Positions 42,373 through 46,356 of a DNA stretch of 46,356 bases are shown here, one piece after another (position 1 is the stretch's first letter; every line of letters starts with the position of its first letter). The notes below the pieces were generated by a model. It searched no databases, had not been told where the DNA came from, and worked only from the letters and a program-made list of their open reading frames with translations. The stretch is from Paraglomus brasilianum (taxonomy: Eukaryota): positions 1-46,356 of the forward strand of contig CAJVPI010000172.1 in assembly GCA_910592345.1 (NCBI GenBank), written 5' to 3'. The position numbers and the translations under genes are program-made.

Positions 42373-43220
42373 TATCAAATTTGCCTAATTCAGTGAACAC
42401 GAAATAAACAACTCTTGTACAACATAGTATGGTTCGCATCCTTATTAGGATTCAGCCAAAGTTCATAAAGAATTGGGTATGTTTCCTGTTAGTTTAAACT
42501 TCACAAGGCCATTTTTATATGCTATAATTTTATATTGTCGTTACTACGTGTGTACGGATATTTAAAAACTTAACAATATGTTATAATTAATGTATTATTA
42601 ATAAAAAATCGTTCACTCGTTAAGAAATTTGTTTTTGTTTTTTTTTTTAATATTATGTAGAACAATCGAATTAACAACGTTATCTAAAAGTTGAATATAC
42701 AACGCAACAAATCTTTGCCGCCAATGCCTTTGCTGATGCTGCTACTCATTGTTGAAAAGTAAGTCTGGAATATTTAGACTATTAATGGTCTACTTTTAAT
42801 AACAGTATTGGTACGTCTTTATTATACAATGCTAACACGCGTCTACTCATACATATATAACCAGGCGCTTCTTTCCATTGCGCGCAGTGTATAACAAAGA
42901 GAGAAAAATAAAATAAAATTCAAGCGCGTACGTTGTACCCAAAATGGATGTCTTTATATCGTAAATACTAACTGTTGGTTTTTCTAAGCCGTCAAAAAAT
43001 AAGTCCAACCTCATAGACAATCACTTTAATGGAATTGACAAACAAACCTGTGAACTAATAATAGAAAATAAGGGTAAACGAATGCTCTGTATACATCGTT
43101 AAATAACACGTTGAAATCCTAAGTTAATTCTGTAAAGAGAACAGGACTTTCTTGTTTCGGTAAGAAATGGTTATCGAAATCTTAAATACAGGTTAATTTC
43201 TTAGTAACAAAATATTATAT

Positions 43221-43640
43221 GGGGCAGACTGCAACAAAACCAGACAAAGTGAACATTTGACCATGTGAACTAAAAATGGACCTTTGGCTTGACACTTATT
43301 GCATCTGTTCTTAATGTTTGTATACTAAAAGGTTCATTTTTAGACGCAACATGTACTAGGAAGCGCTGTCCCAAAACAATTAAACAGCACTTGTTGGGTG
43401 AGCTGAATGTTGAGAATTCAATAATCGGACAAAACGAAATTGCGTAAGTATTTGATTTAGTTTTGGCGAATATGAATTCATCTTGCTTTTATACGCGAAT
43501 GCTAGTCGCATTTGCTTAGAACATAGCAATATGTCTAAAAAGATGAGCCACAACTATAAAATGTCATGAGCTAAATTAGTTCATTTTCCACTACACCAGC
43601 CATTTTTGGTTCACATGGTCAAATGTTCACTTTTTCTGGT
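43221..43640. mobile_element. ~420-bp Sola-like MITE with truncated right TIR
   Basis: ATAT|GGGGCAGACTGCAACAAAACCAGACAAAGTGAACATTTGACCATGTGAAC. The inverted copy CCATTTTTGGTTCACATGGTCAAATGTTCACTTTTTCTGGT ends at 43640 without its outer ~18 bp. Confidence 0.8.
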
Positions 43641-45556
43641 AAGAAAACGTGGTTTACATGACGCAAGTCGATTCGGAACAGACATTTTGACGCATCATCC
43701 TAATTATAAATCTAAACGTGTGGTTTTATTCTTCAGGCACTTTCAAAAAAAAATGGCCCTTAAATGAGCGCTTCTGCCCTCAAATATTATTGGGTTTGCG
43801 CGATATTTGACCGATATGCCTATAAACATTCCAATTACAACAGCGTATTCTTCATTACAAAATACACGACAAATGCGTCCAATAATTGCACTCAAACTTA
43901 AGAGCATCTCGCTACTCCACGAGTTAAGTGAGACCTGTCGTTATCTTACACAAAATGCTAGTGCGCGTTTATTAATTCTTGTATACAATTCAGTTCAGGT
44001 GTTCTCAAAGGACATGAGAAACATTATATAATATTCAGTCAACCAACCGTCCACTTTTAGTACTTATTGGTGGGCGACTCGACTCCCTTCCGGCTATTAA
44101 AGAATTCTTTATTGATCGTTATGAGCTAGAAGAGACAAATTAAGCGCCATGTTTAGTATGTGATTTTTTACGCTCTTATGACACGCGTACACGACTTTAC
44201 CTTTGTATTCTCATGCTGCTGAATGCGATTCCAAGGGTGCAAGGGCGCAGTTTTGTTAATGATGACGTCCGGGTTAGTACTCAATACGTAACCAGCAAAA
44301 CTGCGACGGAATTAGCAGCGTTAAAAATAATTGTTACGGCAATGGGTGACATTAATGCGCTTTTAGACTTACGTCATGCTACCAATAATGCCAGCTCCGG
44401 AAGCAACGAATAAAGGGATTAACTATATAATGAATGATGTTAACAGTCATTGTCTATACCAGTACGCTTTAATGCTTGTCTTGTGTTATTCGTCGCTCTT
44501 TTACTTTCAGTCTCTATAATACTTACGGCTGGGTTCTTCCTGAAGAAAGCGCTAGCCATTGTAATATTTTATTCTTGAGAGTGGGGAGGGTATTTCGTAA
44601 AGTGAATTTAGTAATAGTAAATGTCGTCACAAAGAAACAGACTCGGCGATGGGAATATTCCTTGTTTTGAGTACCCTGTGGAGGTCACAAGGTCTTTTAT
44701 GTTGATAAGACCCGCGCCTGAAGATAAGATATTGGCTGAAGATCCGCGATATTTATTGGACAAGCTTGTTAAAGTTCCCAAGCACGAAGCTCATTGTTTC
44801 CCATGCACAAGGTTTTGTGTTCATTGTATAATGAAGAGGCTTACGTTAAGTAGTATTACTAATACTAATACTAATACTAATAACAGTTAGTATAAAACCA
44901 AATAGAATTTTATAGCCGACTTTACTACATTCATTCTTTAACTATATTTTCCATCGCCTATCTTTGGTAACGATAGTGACTATAATAATAATAGAATAAT
45001 AATAACAAGATTATAGGTAAACTGGGCAAGTTACACAATATGATAAACAGGGCATATTTGTACAGCCTACCTGCATTCACAAAATTGAATCGCCTTTTTT
45101 ATCAACCAGTTAGGCGTTAAGAAATAGAATTAAATTTCGTATTTCCTTCATATTACCATATTTTTATTTGTCGAACGTGACCCAGTTCTTTTCCAAGACC
45201 GAGTTATTTCGCGTGAGTGGGAGAGAATGCGTTCCAATATTAATGTTGAAAAAAAAAAAAAAAAAAAAGGATGTCACAAAATTTGGAAAATTTAGAAAGA
45301 ATGGGGTAGAAAAATATTCCTCGTGTGACTGATAAAAATTGTTGTCAACAATTTATTGAAAAATAATGGAAAAAGAGCCGATTATTAAACCTAATTAATG
45401 AAATTTAAGCTTTAAATTGATATATTTATTGTATACTTTAATGCAATGGTTGCGAAATTATAGTGAGGCAACTTTTTCGTCACATACTGTATATTCGAGT
45501 ATACGCAAATTAATTATCGGTTCCCATATTGGAAATTGCCTGGTGTTTTAAATTAG

Positions 45557-46165
45557 CTACATTCTAACGGCACCCCCATAATCAATACAATCGTCGTATG
45601 GAATCCATTCCAAATAGGCATGATTTGGTGAGTTTGTTTGTAATTGAGATTTCTTAATAAACTCATCGAGTTGCTTATTGTTGCTAGTCCATCCATCAGA
45701 TAATTGTTTATGCCCGCAAATGCACCACACGGGACTACATCGGAGTATTCCACATGCAATGCAGAAGCCATATCGAGAATAACAATTGTAAAACTTTCTA
45801 TCGGCAACCATGTAATAACTACCGTCATACTCGGTAAATCCTTTTATCATGAAGTTGCGTTCCTTAAGCCATACGGAATATCTTCTAAAAGTTGTCGCTA
45901 TTATTATTGTACTTGTGTGTCGGAAGTGAGTATATTCTAGCAAACTCACGCATAAGTGTTGGCGTACATGTCTCATCATTTCCAAGTAGTGAAAGCATTA
46001 TCGTCGTTTCCTTGACTTCATCTCCATCCAGCGTTCGCTTGTAAATAGCGTAATGAACATTGTCAATTTGAGTTGGTTTTATGTCGCTGACTTCTTCGTA
46101 AGAAATCCATTCAAATAATAGGATTGAACCATTGCTGGATTATTAACCCCTGGAACTAATGACAT
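45557..46165 (-). pseudogene. N-terminal remnant of a Glomeromycota-expanded tyrosine-kinase-like (TKL) gene
   Basis: FEWISYEEVSDI, YGFCIACGILRCSPVWCIC and WTSNNKQLDEFIKKSQL...YLEWIPYD are characteristic pre-kinase motifs. Two frameshifts, and no kinase domain follows. Confidence 0.7.
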
Positions 46166-46266
46166 CGTTTGAATAAGATCGATTACGATTCACGGAGAGA
46201 GGATTCTCAACGTTTATTGTGTTACATCACACGATAAACGTATTTCAAAGGGACTATTACTATATA

Positions 46267-46356
46267 CAGTCAACTCTGTTTATACCGGAAATGTATATAC
46301 CGGAATCTCACGGACAGATTCTTGCGCACCGTTCGTTTCATATGAAAATTCTTTGT
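46267..46356 (+). mobile_element. Probable left end of a pogo/Tigger-like element running off the window
   Basis: TA|CAGTCAACTCTGTTTATACCGGAA with a repeated TATACCGGAA subterminal motif. Confidence 0.45.

Overview
Eukaryotic, intron-rich, AT-rich fungal DNA. The lineage-typical repeats and pseudogenes (TKL kinase N-terminus, Uma2/Crinkler-type nuclease) suggest an arbuscular mycorrhizal fungus (Glomeromycota); this is an inference. Two compact blocks of conserved spliced genes are present. Block 1 (4.6-14.8 kb): RAD51C, FAH, SEC23, FRA10AC1, TIM21. Block 2 (21.9-42.4 kb): coactosin, BCAS3, a possible Pol I A14/Ker1-like protein, a divergent H3-H4 pair, GMF, IDO/BNA2, PIG-M/GPI14 and HDAC8. 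Decayed accessory DNA separates and flanks them. The clearest structure not explained by genes is a ~4.95 kb element (14999-19947) with ~250-bp terminal inverted repeats (GGGG...CCCC ends) and a perfect 4-bp AAAT target-site duplication, i.e. Sola-like. It encloses a patchwork of unrelated gene fragments (P-loop NTPase, hAT dimerisation domain, HTH, Crinkler-like pieces) plus nested MITEs. Four more ends or miniature copies of the same family occur in the window. No rRNA, tRNA or CRISPR array was seen. Protein identities come from motif recognition, not database searches.
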